Assembly: GCA_034422515.1 (NCBI GenBank) | Contig: DAOUJP010000025.1 | Location: 221,692-285,691 of the forward strand | Direction of reading: 5' to 3' | Origin: Chloroflexota bacterium | GTDB lineage: Bacteria; Chloroflexota; UBA11872; UBA12225; JAJDUF01 | Length of the DNA stretch: 64,000 nt | In this document: piece after piece, positions 35,808 through 46,012 of the stretch | Numbering within the stretch: the first letter of the stretch is position 1 | Layout of the letters: every line of letters begins with the position of its first letter | Translations under genes and position numbers: made by a program | The notes under the pieces: model-generated | The model's database searches: none | The model's input: the letters and a program-made list of their open reading frames with translations, nothing else | What the model was told of the DNA's origin: nothing

Positions 35808-36915
35808 CACCCAGCTCATGGGCCAACGCTTGCAAGACGCGCCGGATCGCCGCCCGGTTGACCCGGCCCAAGTGCCCGACGCGGATGATCTCGTCGGTCC
35901 ACTTGCCCTGACCGCGAGCGAGGACAATCCCGTGACGCTCGCGGACCCGTCGTAGCAAGTCCGAGGGCGCTACATCCGGCGGGGGACGCGCCGCGGTGAC
36001 GGTATTCGAGGCATGCGCCGGGTCCGCCGCCAGCGCAAACCCCAAGCGGGCGAGGCCGCGGCGCGTATAGCCGCCGACCTGCCGATGGCGCTCATAGACC
36101 GCCGCCAGTCCCTCATTCTCGATGATCTCAAGCGCAGCCCGCAGCGCGAACATCTGTGTCAGTGGCGGTGTGTACGGCGTCACCCCTCGCGCCTGTGCCT
36201 CACGCTGCGCCTGGAAATCCCAGTAGTAGCGCGGCAGTTGCGCGGTGTCCGCCAACGCCCAGGCCCGCGGACCGACGCCCACCAGCAACAGGCTCGGCGG
36301 CACCATCCAGGCTTTCTGCGAGCCGGTTACCACCACGTCAACGCCCAACTCGTCCATCGCAAACGGCAACGCCGCCAGCGAGCTGACTCCATCCACCAGC
36401 AGCAGCGCATCGCTGTGCTCATGCACCGCAGCCGCGACGGCCGCGAGATCGTTCGTCACGCCGGTACTCGTCTCGTTGTGTGTAATCAAGACCGCTCGCG
36501 TTGCTGGCGCCGTCTGCAATCGGCGCCGCACCTCGTCCGGGTCGGCCGCCTGTCCCCACTCGACTTCATACCGTTCGACCGCGAGGCCGAAACTGTCGGC
36601 AATGTCCGCGTAGCGGTCGCCGAACGCGCCAATCGTGATGGCCAGGACGCGATCACCGGGCGAGAGCGTGTTGACGAGCGACGCCTCCAGCCCGCCGGTG
36701 CCCGACCCGGGGAAGAACAGCACGTCATGTTCGGTCCGCAAGACGCGCCGGACGCCGGCCGTGAGGTCCGCCAGCAGCGCCGCGAACTCCGGCCCCCGGT
36801 GGTTAATCATCGGCGACGCCAGGGCACGGCGCACTGCCGCCGGCAGCGGGGTGGGGCCGGGGATACGCAAATCGCGGTCCGTGCGCCGGACCGCGCCAGG
36901 ATTCACTTCAGTCAT
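35800..36915 (-). CDS. class V pyridoxal-phosphate aminotransferase (phosphoserine/serine-pyruvate aminotransferase-like)
   Basis: PLP-Lys region VVTGSQKAWMVPP and the class-V fold. Co-operonic with serA. Confidence 0.85.
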   Translation of the reverse strand: MTEVNPGAVRRTDRDLRIPGPTPLPAAVRRALASPMINHRGPEFAALLADLTAGVRRVLRTEHDVLFFPGSGTGGLEASLVNTLSPGDRVLAITIGAFGDRYADIADSFGLAVERYEVEWGQAADPDEVRRRLQTAPATRAVLITHNETSTGVTNDLAAVAAAVHEHSDALLLVDGVSSLAALPFAMDELGVDVVVTGSQKAWMVPPSLLLVGVGPRAWALADTAQLPRYYWDFQAQREAQARGVTPYTPPLTQMFALRAALEIIENEGLAAVYERHRQVGGYTRRGLARLGFALAADPAHASNTVTAARPPPDVAPSDLLRRVRERHGIVLARGQGKWTDEIIRVGHLGRVNRAAIRRVLQALAHELGDG

Positions 36916-37090
36916 AGTAGCCAAACTATAACTGCCGCGATTCCCGATCAGCAAGGCGCCAAGAGTGTATCCGACCCGGATTGCTGCGTAAGCGGGAATG
37001 ACCGGGCGGCAGACACCTATCGCCGCAGCAATACGACGCGCCTGCTACCATTGGTCATCCGGCCCGATCACGCCGCACGAGGCGCTAGGC

Positions 37091-38041
37091 ATGGTGGATG
37101 TACGCGAGATTCGCGAGTTCAGCGAGACCGTCACCGGCAACATCGAGCAGGTCATCGTCGGCAAGCGCGACGTGATCGAGTTGGTGATGGTTGCGCTGCT
37201 GTGCGAAGGCCATCTGCTCTTCGAGGATATGCCCGGTACCGGCAAGACCATGCTCGCGCGAGCCGTCGCGGTCTCGCTCGGCCTGGACTTCCACCGCATT
37301 CAGTTCACGCCCGACCTGCTACCCAACGATGTCGTCGGCGTCTCGGTCTTCAATCAGCAGACGCTCGAATTCGAGTTCCGCCCCGGCCCGGCGTTCTCGC
37401 ACGTCCTACTCACCGACGAGATCAACCGCGCCACTCCACGGACGCAATCCGCCTTGTTGGAGGCGATGGGTGAGCAGCAAATCTCGGTGGACGGCGTTTC
37501 GCGGACGTTGCCGCGCCCCTTCCTCGTTATGGCCACGCAGAATCCCATCGAGTACGAGGGGACCTTCCCGCTCCCGGAGGCGCAGCTCGACCGCTTCTTC
37601 ATGCGGTTGTCGCTCGGCTATGCCTCTGCGGACGACGAGCGCACGATCCTGCACAATCTGCAGCGCGAGCATCCCATCGAATCGCTGGAGCAGGTCGTAG
37701 ACGGGCGCCTCCTCCTCCGGCTTCAGCGGGCGGTCTGGGACATTCACGTGGACGACACGGTGCGCGACTACCTCATCGAACTGGTGCAAGCTACGCGAGA
37801 GCACGACGAGCTAATCCTCGGTGCCAGTACGCGCGGCACCATCGGGCTGTTCAAGGCCGTGCAGGCGTATGCGGCGCTGCAAAACCGCGACTACGTGATC
37901 CCGGACGACGTGAAGCGGCTGGCCGTCTGCTCACTGGCCCACCGCCTGATCGTCAAGCCGGAGAGCGCCCTGCGCGGCCGCACGGCGGACAGCATCGTCA
38001 GCAACATTCTGGAACGCGAGACGGTCACACTGAGCCAGTAG
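37091..38041 (+). CDS. MoxR-family AAA+ ATPase
   Basis: Walker A GMPGTGKT, Walker B HVLLTDEINRATPRTQSALLEAM, and VMATQNP. Confidence 0.9.
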   Translation: MVDVREIREFSETVTGNIEQVIVGKRDVIELVMVALLCEGHLLFEDMPGTGKTMLARAVAVSLGLDFHRIQFTPDLLPNDVVGVSVFNQQTLEFEFRPGPAFSHVLLTDEINRATPRTQSALLEAMGEQQISVDGVSRTLPRPFLVMATQNPIEYEGTFPLPEAQLDRFFMRLSLGYASADDERTILHNLQREHPIESLEQVVDGRLLLRLQRAVWDIHVDDTVRDYLIELVQATREHDELILGASTRGTIGLFKAVQAYAALQNRDYVIPDDVKRLAVCSLAHRLIVKPESALRGRTADSIVSNILERETVTLSQ

Positions 38042-38109
38042 CGGTCAGCACTCGGCTATCAGCGCGCTCACGACCGCAGGCACAAGGCGAACGGCTGGAG
38101 GGCGAACCG

Positions 38110-39444
38110 GTGCAAGGACTATTCCTTTTTCTGATTGGCCTCGTCGTCATCGCCTCCATGTTCCGTATCTCCTTCTACTATTTCATCGCCTACTTTCTCG
38201 GCTTTGTCGTGCTGCTCGCCTGGCTGTGGGTACGACACACGAGTCGGCGCATCGCCCTCCGCCGCGAGTTCGCCGGCCATGCGTTCCAAGGTGAGAAGGT
38301 CACGTTCAAGCTCCGGCTCTCCAACCGCAGCCGGCTGCCACTGCCTTGGCTCAAGGTCGAAGACCGGCTGCCGCAACCGTTAACTACGACCGATGCCTTC
38401 CGAGCCGTCGTGACGCTCGGGCCGCGCCTCTCCCGTACCGTCACCTACGAACTGGTTGCCAAGACCCGCGGCTACTTCCCGGTCGGCCCGGCACAGCTAC
38501 ACTTTGGCGATGTCTTCGGCTTCTTCGAGCGGATGCTGTCTACCCAGACACCGCACTACCTGACCGTCTACCCGAAGATCATCCCGCTCGCCGACCTGGA
38601 CCTCCCCTCACGCTCGCCGTTCGGCCAGTTTCGCACCAACGAGATTATCTACGAGGACCCCTCGCGCGTCGCCGGCGTGCGCGACTACTTGCGTGGGGAC
38701 TCGTGGCGCCGGATCAACTGGCGGGCGACGGCAACGCTGGGCCGCTTGCAAGTCAAGAAGTACGAGCCGGCCATCACCCTCGACACGATGCTGTTCCTCA
38801 ACCTCAACCCCGCCGAGTTCGAGGAGCACTATCTGGACCCGGCCTCCGAGTTGGCGATCAGCCTCACCGCCTCGCTGGCACACCACCTCGCCAATCGGCG
38901 CCAGTCGGTCGGACTGGTACTCAACGGCCGGGATCGCTCCGTGCCGCTCCCACCGCCGCAGCGGACGCCGTTCGACTTCACGTTCTCGACTGAGGACGAT
39001 GAAGAAACGGACGATGAAGAGACCACCGTAGAGGGCCGGAGCCACGATGATCTCACCGACTTCCATCCACTGCTCGACGAAGAGCTACCCCCGGTCGTGG
39101 TACCGCCGGGGAAGACCCGCGCGCATCTGATGCGGATACTCGAGGTCCTCGCGCGTGCCGAGGCCCGTGGCGTCGAGCCATTTTCCCAGGTGCTCCGCCG
39201 CTACACCGCGGACCTGCCCTGGGGCTGCACCATTGTCGCCATCGCCTGGGGAAGATCGCCCGGCCTGCAAGAAACGCTCGTTGCGCTGCGCCGGGCCAAC
39301 TTCCACGTCGTCCTGCTGCTCGTGCGGTTTGGCCCGCCCGACGACTTCCTGGGCGCGATGCGCGCGCAGGGGATTGCCTGCCAGGAGATTCGGGGAGAAG
39401 AAGATGTCCGTCGGATCCATGCTCGGGTCGCAATGGCTTGGTAA
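38110..39444 (+). CDS. DUF58 domain protein (MoxR-associated, vWA-like)
   Basis: GTG start with GGAGGG RBS. Two N-terminal TM helices followed by the DUF58 core (YLRGDSWRRINW). Confidence 0.85.
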   Translation: MQGLFLFLIGLVVIASMFRISFYYFIAYFLGFVVLLAWLWVRHTSRRIALRREFAGHAFQGEKVTFKLRLSNRSRLPLPWLKVEDRLPQPLTTTDAFRAVVTLGPRLSRTVTYELVAKTRGYFPVGPAQLHFGDVFGFFERMLSTQTPHYLTVYPKIIPLADLDLPSRSPFGQFRTNEIIYEDPSRVAGVRDYLRGDSWRRINWRATATLGRLQVKKYEPAITLDTMLFLNLNPAEFEEHYLDPASELAISLTASLAHHLANRRQSVGLVLNGRDRSVPLPPPQRTPFDFTFSTEDDEETDDEETTVEGRSHDDLTDFHPLLDEELPPVVVPPGKTRAHLMRILEVLARAEARGVEPFSQVLRRYTADLPWGCTIVAIAWGRSPGLQETLVALRRANFHVVLLLVRFGPPDDFLGAMRAQGIACQEIRGEEDVRRIHARVAMAW

Positions 39445-41122
39445 TCGCGGCCTCCAGCGTGGCCTCGTGTGTGGCATGTACGCCTGCGTGGCCGCGGCAC
39501 TGTGGCAACTGCTGCTCCGCGCCGGCGCCAGCGAAGCGCAGGCCGTCGCCACCACCCTGGCCTCGTTCGTGACGTTCGTCGCCGGCATCCTGCTAGGGGG
39601 CCGGAGTAGCTCGCAGCCGTACCGACCGACCGGCAACCTCGGGCCGCGGGACTGGCTGCTGATGCTCGTGCCCATCATGCTCTTGCTGCGCTTTCTCCCC
39701 TACATCGGCCTGGGCGGCGAGCAGCTCGCCTCCGATATGACCCAGTGGCGCAGCAACCCGACCAGCTTTTTCGACTTCAGCCTCATCGGATCGGCGCTCG
39801 TGCTCCTAGGCGTCTGGATGTACGCCTTGGCCGTGGCCCGCAACCTGGAGCTACTGTCGCTCCAGCCGGGCGAGCTACCCCCGACCGCCGGCACGGTCGA
39901 ATACCACGACTGGCTCGACAGTCCCTACCGCTACGTGGACCACGCCGGCGCCTGGCAAGGACTCATGGGCCGCTTCCTCGGTGGCGGAGTGATCCTCATG
40001 CTCATCCTGGGCATCGCCGAACTAGGACCAAACCTCCTTATTCCCGACCGCCCACTCCGGACCGACCCCATGCTGCTGCTGCTGCTTTACTTCCTCCTCG
40101 GCCTGGTCCTCGCGGCCCAGACCGGACTGGACCGACTCCGCGCCGACTGGATTCGCAGCGGCGCGGCGGTGCAGCCGGGGATGATCCCACGCTGGCTGGT
40201 CGCTGGCACTATGCTGATGCTGTGTGGCTTGGCCCTGGCCCTACTCCTGCCGACCACCCTGGCCGAGGACGCAGTGGGGTCGCTGCCGCTGCTCGGCCAA
40301 CTGCTCGCGCCCATCTTTGCTTTGGTGAAGCTGGTTCTGAGTGGGCTGGCGTGGCTCTTCAGCAATCTCTTGGCCCTGCTGCTCGCGCCGCTAACGTGGT
40401 TCCTACCCGACGCCCAGCTCCCCACGCCAGAGCCGGAATTGGCCTCGCAGGAGACCATCGAACAGGGAGAGGGCCAGGCTATCGAAGCTGGGTCGCTGCA
40501 GCAAGAACCAACTTGGCTCAACATCATCTGGCGCTTGCTCACTTTTGGCATCCCCGGCGCCATTGCCGCAGTCATCGCGCTCTATGCGCTCTGGAATGCG
40601 TGGCGCAAGCGGCGCGACATCCGGGTATTGCTGGCAAGTGCCTGGGGCGAGGCCGTCGATTCACTCCGCGATGTCCTCACCATCCTCATTGCCTGGGTGT
40701 GGCGCGCCGCCGCAGCGCAGCGGCCGCGGCGGCGACGACGCGCACGGGCCAAGCGCCGCGAGCAGCAGCAGGGGATAGCAGACCTCGATTTCCCTGAGCT
40801 AGGGCGGCGCGCGCTCAACCGCCTCGCGCCACGCCAGCTACTCATCTACTTCTACCTCTCGATGCTCGCCTGGGCGGCTAAACTGGGCTGGGGACGGCAG
40901 GAAAGTGACACCGCCTACGAGGCCAGCACGCAGCTCACCCGCCACCTGCCGCAGCAGCGCGAGCCTATCGCGTCGCTGACCGAGGCCTTTGTCCGGGCGC
41001 GGTACAGCCAAGCAGCAGTCAGTAGCGACGAGGCCGCGCTGCTGCGGCAGCCGTGGGATCGGCTGCGGGGCATTCTCCAGCAGAAACGGCGCTTCCAATG
41101 GCTGGCCTTCTGGCGGCGCTGA
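39404..41122 (+). CDS. DUF4129-like polytopic membrane protein (third gene of the MoxR/DUF58 operon)
   Basis: ATG 39404 with GGGGAG RBS, overlapping the DUF58 3' end. Multiple TM helices and a C-terminal DUF4129-like segment LTEAFVRARYS....EAALLRQPW. Confidence 0.65.
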   Translation: MSVGSMLGSQWLGNRGLQRGLVCGMYACVAAALWQLLLRAGASEAQAVATTLASFVTFVAGILLGGRSSSQPYRPTGNLGPRDWLLMLVPIMLLLRFLPYIGLGGEQLASDMTQWRSNPTSFFDFSLIGSALVLLGVWMYALAVARNLELLSLQPGELPPTAGTVEYHDWLDSPYRYVDHAGAWQGLMGRFLGGGVILMLILGIAELGPNLLIPDRPLRTDPMLLLLLYFLLGLVLAAQTGLDRLRADWIRSGAAVQPGMIPRWLVAGTMLMLCGLALALLLPTTLAEDAVGSLPLLGQLLAPIFALVKLVLSGLAWLFSNLLALLLAPLTWFLPDAQLPTPEPELASQETIEQGEGQAIEAGSLQQEPTWLNIIWRLLTFGIPGAIAAVIALYALWNAWRKRRDIRVLLASAWGEAVDSLRDVLTILIAWVWRAAAAQRPRRRRRARAKRREQQQGIADLDFPELGRRALNRLAPRQLLIYFYLSMLAWAAKLGWGRQESDTAYEASTQLTRHLPQQREPIASLTEAFVRARYSQAAVSSDEAALLRQPWDRLRGILQQKRRFQWLAFWRR

Positions 41123-42762
41123 CACAGCGGCAGCAGGTGACCGACGTGCGCCAGAGCAGCCCAAACCGGTGGATATTGAGGTGGTGGAAATCCGGCATCC
41201 ACTGGCCGCTGGTCGTGATGCTCCTAGCACTCGTGCTTTACAGCACCTCACTGGCGCCAACAGTTCTTTGGGGAGACGACGCGGAGCTGCAACGCATCGT
41301 AGTCACCGGCGAGCAGCGCACCATTGGGCAGTCCTCTCCGGCAAGCCACCTCCTGTGGCTGACGCTCGCTTCCTGGTTTGTGCGTGCGTCCACCGTGCCG
41401 GGCGACCTCGCCGGGCGTGTGAACTTTGTCTCGGCGCTCTGTGCCGCGCTGACGGTCCTGTTCGTTTACCTGGCAACTGCCGAAATCACTCGCCAGGTAT
41501 CAAGCCGACAAAGGCGACCCAGCACACAAGCCGACAGACTTGCCCGGATTAGGCCAACCTGGCCGTCAGTGGCCGGGATCGCGGCGGCCGCCGCTCTCGC
41601 CTTGTCCCATACTTTCTGGCTACTGGCCGTGCGGCCGAATGTCTACACGCTCCAGACAGCGCTCATCGCCGCGGCGCTATGGCTCGTCCTGCGGTGGCGC
41701 GCTCCCCCTCATCGGCCGTGGTTGCCGGCGGCAGCGGCCGGCCTGCTCGGATTGGCGCTCTTCAACCACGCGCTGGTGCTGGCCTCCGTGCCGGGATTTG
41801 TGTGGCTCGTGATGGTAATTCCCCGCTCTGCCAGGCGCCAATTGGTAGCGGCTGTGTTGTTGACGGCTGCGCTTGCACTGATCGCCCTGACGGGGGCAGC
41901 GTTGCGAGGCTTGCCGGTGATCGACTTGCTCGGCGCCATGGCCAGCTACCGCGTGCAACTTCCGTTGCTGCGGGACGTGCTGCTCCTGCCCGCCTACTTG
42001 GCCTACCAGTTCCCGTTTTCGCTGCCGCTGGCACTCCTCGGCGCGGGGTGGCTGTGGCGCCGGGACCGAGCAGTGCTCCTCGGCCTGCTCGTTTTGTACC
42101 TAGGTAATGCGCTCCTGATGCTCACACGCCACCATCCCGGCATGTACGTGCGCGACCAATTTCTCTTCTACCTCGCGTCGTACCTGCCCGTAGCACTCTC
42201 AATCGGCCTCGGTGCAGCCGTGCTCGCGGTCACGGCGACCTCCTGGCGACAGCGGCCGTGGCGCCTAGCCGCGGCGCTCGGTGTAGCAGTTCTGATTGCC
42301 GCCCCGGTAGCCATCTATCCGCTGGCAGCCCGCTTCGCCGGTGAGGTCAGCCTCAGACTGGCCCCGGCCCGCCACCTGCCGGGCCGCGACCCGGTGAGCT
42401 TCTACCTCTTACCCTGGAAAACGGGTTACCACGGGGCACGAGAATTCGGCCACGCGGCACTCACCGGCTTGCCACGCGACGCGGTCGTCGTCGCCGACTG
42501 GCTGCCGTTCCATACGCTCCGCTATCTCCAAGCAATTGAGGGTCTGCGGACCGACATAACGATAACGCAGCTTAATGCCGGCGATAATGTGCAGTTGCGT
42601 TACTTGCTGGACCAGGAGCGCGGGCGCCCACTCTACCTCGCCGACAATAGCCCGTTTCCCTACTACGAACGCGCAGCAATAGAGCGCTGCTTTCGTATTG
42701 AGCCGGACGGTGTGCTCTACCGCCTCGAACGACGCCGGAATACGCCCTGCCCCTCACAGTGA
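41098..42762 (+). CDS. DUF2723-like polytopic membrane protein (TMEM260/PMT-type glycosyltransferase-like)
   Basis: ATG 41098 overlaps the upstream gene by 25 nt. LVLYSTSLAPTVLWGDDAELQ resembles the DUF2723 N-terminal WGDSGEL loop. About 11 TM helices. Confidence 0.6.
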   Translation: MAGLLAALTQRQQVTDVRQSSPNRWILRWWKSGIHWPLVVMLLALVLYSTSLAPTVLWGDDAELQRIVVTGEQRTIGQSSPASHLLWLTLASWFVRASTVPGDLAGRVNFVSALCAALTVLFVYLATAEITRQVSSRQRRPSTQADRLARIRPTWPSVAGIAAAAALALSHTFWLLAVRPNVYTLQTALIAAALWLVLRWRAPPHRPWLPAAAAGLLGLALFNHALVLASVPGFVWLVMVIPRSARRQLVAAVLLTAALALIALTGAALRGLPVIDLLGAMASYRVQLPLLRDVLLLPAYLAYQFPFSLPLALLGAGWLWRRDRAVLLGLLVLYLGNALLMLTRHHPGMYVRDQFLFYLASYLPVALSIGLGAAVLAVTATSWRQRPWRLAAALGVAVLIAAPVAIYPLAARFAGEVSLRLAPARHLPGRDPVSFYLLPWKTGYHGAREFGHAALTGLPRDAVVVADWLPFHTLRYLQAIEGLRTDITITQLNAGDNVQLRYLLDQERGRPLYLADNSPFPYYERAAIERCFRIEPDGVLYRLERRRNTPCPSQ

Positions 42763-43194
42763 CCAATGGTCAGGTCGAAGGCGGCCAACCACTAACATCA
42801 ACCGAGCACCAGAGCGGGCAGGAGTTGCGGACAGCCTTACCGGGATTTATCCTGCGGTTAATACTCGCCTGTTATACCTTGGTGGTAGGTGGTCTCGCGG
42901 CGGATGGCTGCACAGGCGAGTGCAAGGCACCGGTCGGTGCTTGCCGGACTGCGCCGAGTGTAGCCCTCCATGCCGTTGTGCCGTGTTCATGGTACTTTCA
43001 TAGCGGCAGCGATCCTGCGGATGTCAGTCGATGAGAGGCCGCCATGAGAACACCAGCCAAAACCCGGCGTCGCTGGCTGCTGATGGTCCTCGCAGTGCTT
43101 AGTACGGGCTGCACGCTCGGAGAAACGCGCGGCGACCGTGAGCGCAGTCACGCCAACCGGTGGTAATCGCGCGCTCCGAGGAGGAGGTCCCTCA

Positions 43195-44010
43195 GTGTCT
43201 CCAGCAAGCAATCCCTACGGCGATGATGCAAAGATCGCACAAGCAGTAACCGACCCCGTGACCAGCGGCCGACTACGCACATTTCTCCTGGATCGTCGGC
43301 GCTCACTGGCTGCGCTGGTGGCGCTGGTAGCCGTAAGCTGCGGCCCGGAAGAGGGTGACGACGGCCAGGCTGCCCCGGCGGCGCCACAGCCAGCGGCCGT
43401 GGCAAACACCCCGGCACCGACCGCTGCGGCTCCCGCGGCGACGACCGCTCCGGCACCGGCTGCCGGTGCCACGCGCTTCCAAGTCGCGGGGGATCGCTCG
43501 CTGGCCAGCTACACCACCCGTGAGAAGTTCTTCGACCAACCCTCACCTATCTTCGTCACCGGCACGACCTCCGCCATCTCCGGTGACCTCCACCTCGACC
43601 GCACCACCTGGCAGCCGGCCGCCGATCCGCCCTCCGTCATCACCGTAGACCTGCGGACCCTCCAGACCGATAGCTCGCGCCGCGACAACGCGATCCGGGG
43701 GCGGTTCTTGGAGTCCAACACGTATCCAATGGCGACGTTCGTGCTCAAGCGGGTGGCGGGTGTGCCGCAGTCGTACCAGGAGGGAACCGAGGTGACGGTA
43801 GTGCTGGAAGGGGAGTTGACGGTGCGGGAGATCACCAAACCGGTTTCCTGGCAAGGGACGGCCAAGCTGGAGGGCAACACGCTGACGGGCAAGGTGGGGA
43901 CGAGCGAGCTGAAGTACGCGGACTTCGGGATCCCGCAGATCACGATTCGGATTTTGGCGGTCGAGGACTGGTTCAAGCTGGACATGGAGCTGACCGCCGT
44001 AGCGCAGTAG
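43195..44010 (+). CDS. YceI-like periplasmic lipoprotein
   Basis: GAGGAGGAGG RBS then GTG 43195. Tat/lipobox-like RRRSLAALVALVAVSCG and a Pro/Ala-rich linker. YceI core TFVLKRV...ELTVREITKPVSW.... Confidence 0.75.
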   Translation: MSPASNPYGDDAKIAQAVTDPVTSGRLRTFLLDRRRSLAALVALVAVSCGPEEGDDGQAAPAAPQPAAVANTPAPTAAAPAATTAPAPAAGATRFQVAGDRSLASYTTREKFFDQPSPIFVTGTTSAISGDLHLDRTTWQPAADPPSVITVDLRTLQTDSSRRDNAIRGRFLESNTYPMATFVLKRVAGVPQSYQEGTEVTVVLEGELTVREITKPVSWQGTAKLEGNTLTGKVGTSELKYADFGIPQITIRILAVEDWFKLDMELTAVAQ

Positions 44011-44155
44011 CCAGCATGGAACGGCACAGCGGATCGGCAGCAACCGGCCCGCTCCCTAACCGGATGCACTCCAGAGGCAACCGCTGTCGTCGTGCTACTA
44101 TGGTGGGCCAAGGGATAGGGTTGTTAACCATCTGCGCGCTGAGGGGGACGAGGGC

Positions 44156-44635
44156 ATGATTGAGGTCGTCGGCTTGATGCACCACGCAATACCCATCGGG
44201 AAAGGCGATACCGACGCGCTGGTGAAGGCCAAGGAGTTCTATGGTGAGTTGCTCGGCTTGCCCCTCGATACGGGGCGCCCGGACATCCCGGGGACACCGG
44301 GCTACTGGTACAATGTTCCGAGCGGTCCACGCCCATCCTCCGCTGGGAAGGAAGATAGCCGCGCGGTTGGCCCCCCGCCGGCGCACCTGCGACAGATCCA
44401 TCTCATCGGGCGACCGAACGGGGCACCGGCGGACGACACCGACGCGCAAGAACCCATGAGCCGCAAGGTGGCCCACCTAGCACTGGCCGTCACCAGCTTG
44501 GCTGCCGCCAAGAACGCCCTGGACCAGCGCGATATCCCCTACCTTGTCCAGACGGCTGCGGTCGGCGCGGAGCAGGTGTTTTTCTTCGATCCCTTTGGCA
44601 ATCAGATCGAGCTGCAAGAAGCCCGTGAGCGTTGA
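44156..44635 (+). CDS. VOC (glyoxalase/bleomycin-resistance/dioxygenase) family protein
   Basis: N-terminal HHAIPIG and C-terminal FFFDPFGNQIELQE beta-alpha-beta-beta-beta modules. Confidence 0.75.
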   Translation: MIEVVGLMHHAIPIGKGDTDALVKAKEFYGELLGLPLDTGRPDIPGTPGYWYNVPSGPRPSSAGKEDSRAVGPPPAHLRQIHLIGRPNGAPADDTDAQEPMSRKVAHLALAVTSLAAAKNALDQRDIPYLVQTAAVGAEQVFFFDPFGNQIELQEARER

Positions 44636-44809
44636 CGGTGACTGCGAGTATCACCGCCGACATGCTATTCTGTGGTAGAGGACATGACCACACACCCACG
44701 CCGATCCGGGGACGGTATGCGCTGAAACTCCCCGTTCGATACAACGGTGCCTCGATGAACGGTCCGGTGCGGATGGCGAGGCATCGTTGGGAAACCTTGG
44801 AGGCAAACG

Positions 44810-45970
44810 ATGGCACGTCGGCCAGGTGATCCACCCCCTGCCCCTGAAGAAAACGGTGACGACCAACCACGCGAACGCCGCGTCTACGGCGGGCCGCCGG
44901 AGGAGCCACCGCGCCGCCGCTTTGGCGGTGGTGGCGGTCGCGGCGGTGGGGACGGCGAGGACTTCGAAGACTATGTGCGGGGCATCATCCGCAGTGGCCG
45001 CTGGTCCGGCCTCCTGCGGCGCGGCGCGGGACTCTGGGTCGTCCTCGTCGTCGTCATCATCGGCGGCTGGCTCGCCACCGGGTTCTATCAGGTTGGCCCC
45101 GGCGAGCAGGGAGTCGTGCGTCAGTTCGGCAAGCTCGCCGATCAGACCGACCCCGGCCTGCGCTATCACCTCCCCTGGCCCATCCAGCGCGTAGACGTGG
45201 TGAACATGGCCCTCGTGCGACGGCTGGAGCTTGGCTTCCGCTCCGGCGGCGGGGACCGCGCCCAGCGCGTGCCCGAAGAAGCGTTGATGCTGACCGGCGA
45301 CCAGAATATCGTCGAAGCGCAGATGATCGTCCAGTACCGCGTGCGCGACGCCGCCCGCTACCTCTTCAATGTCCGGGAACCGGAAGAAGTCCTGAAGGAC
45401 GCCGCGGAGGTGGCCCTGCGGAGCATCGCCGGGAGTACGACGATTGACGACCTCCTGACCATCGGCCGCGCCGACGCTGAAGAGCAAACGCTGGCCTTCA
45501 TGCAGCGCCAGCTCGACGACTACCAGGCCGGCTTGCTCGTCCAGAACGTCAAGCTCCAGGTCGTAGACGCGCCAGAACAGGTGCGGGACGCTTTCCACGA
45601 CGTAGTACGCGCCCTGGAGGACCGCGAGCGCCTGATTAACGAGGCCCGCGGCTACGCGGAAGACGTGATCCCGAAGGCTCGCGGTGAAGCCGAGCGGTTA
45701 GTGTTCGAGGCCGAGGGCTATCAGCAAGAGCGGATCATCCGCGCCCAGGGCGACGTCTCCAAGTTCATCCAGGTGCTGGAGGAGTACGAGAAAGCTCCCG
45801 CAGTGACGCGAGCGCGGCTCTACCTGGAAACGATGAACCAAGTCCTGCCCAACGTCGAGAAGGTCATCACCGATGGACCGATGAGTGACAACATCCTGCC
45901 GTTCCTGCCACTCCGGGACGGCACCACTCCTGCCCAAGGCGGAGCGGCCGCAGCGGGATTTGGCAGCTGA
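44810..45970 (+). CDS. hflK: FtsH protease modulator HflK
   Basis: GGAGG RBS, TM helix, and SPFH/band-7 domain with the typical HflK coiled-coil (RGEAERLVFEAEGYQQERIIRAQGDVSKF). Confidence 0.9.
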   Translation: MARRPGDPPPAPEENGDDQPRERRVYGGPPEEPPRRRFGGGGGRGGGDGEDFEDYVRGIIRSGRWSGLLRRGAGLWVVLVVVIIGGWLATGFYQVGPGEQGVVRQFGKLADQTDPGLRYHLPWPIQRVDVVNMALVRRLELGFRSGGGDRAQRVPEEALMLTGDQNIVEAQMIVQYRVRDAARYLFNVREPEEVLKDAAEVALRSIAGSTTIDDLLTIGRADAEEQTLAFMQRQLDDYQAGLLVQNVKLQVVDAPEQVRDAFHDVVRALEDRERLINEARGYAEDVIPKARGEAERLVFEAEGYQQERIIRAQGDVSKFIQVLEEYEKAPAVTRARLYLETMNQVLPNVEKVITDGPMSDNILPFLPLRDGTTPAQGGAAAAGFGS

Positions 45971-46012
45971 GAGGCTCGCGCATACGGACAAGGAAGAGAC
46001 AAGGATCACACG

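Noticed and set aside
34230-36728. Numerous antisense or alternative-frame ORFs inside serA and the aminotransferase (e.g. 34492-35163, 35382-35861, 36013-37473)
   Set aside because: They are shadow ORFs opposite confidently assigned enzymes, a GC-driven artefact.
42759-43034. 91-aa ORF downstream of the DUF2723 gene
   Set aside because: It starts inside the stop region of the upstream gene without an RBS and has a Gly/Cys-rich odd composition. The following lipoprotein-signal mini-ORF and yceI explain the region better.
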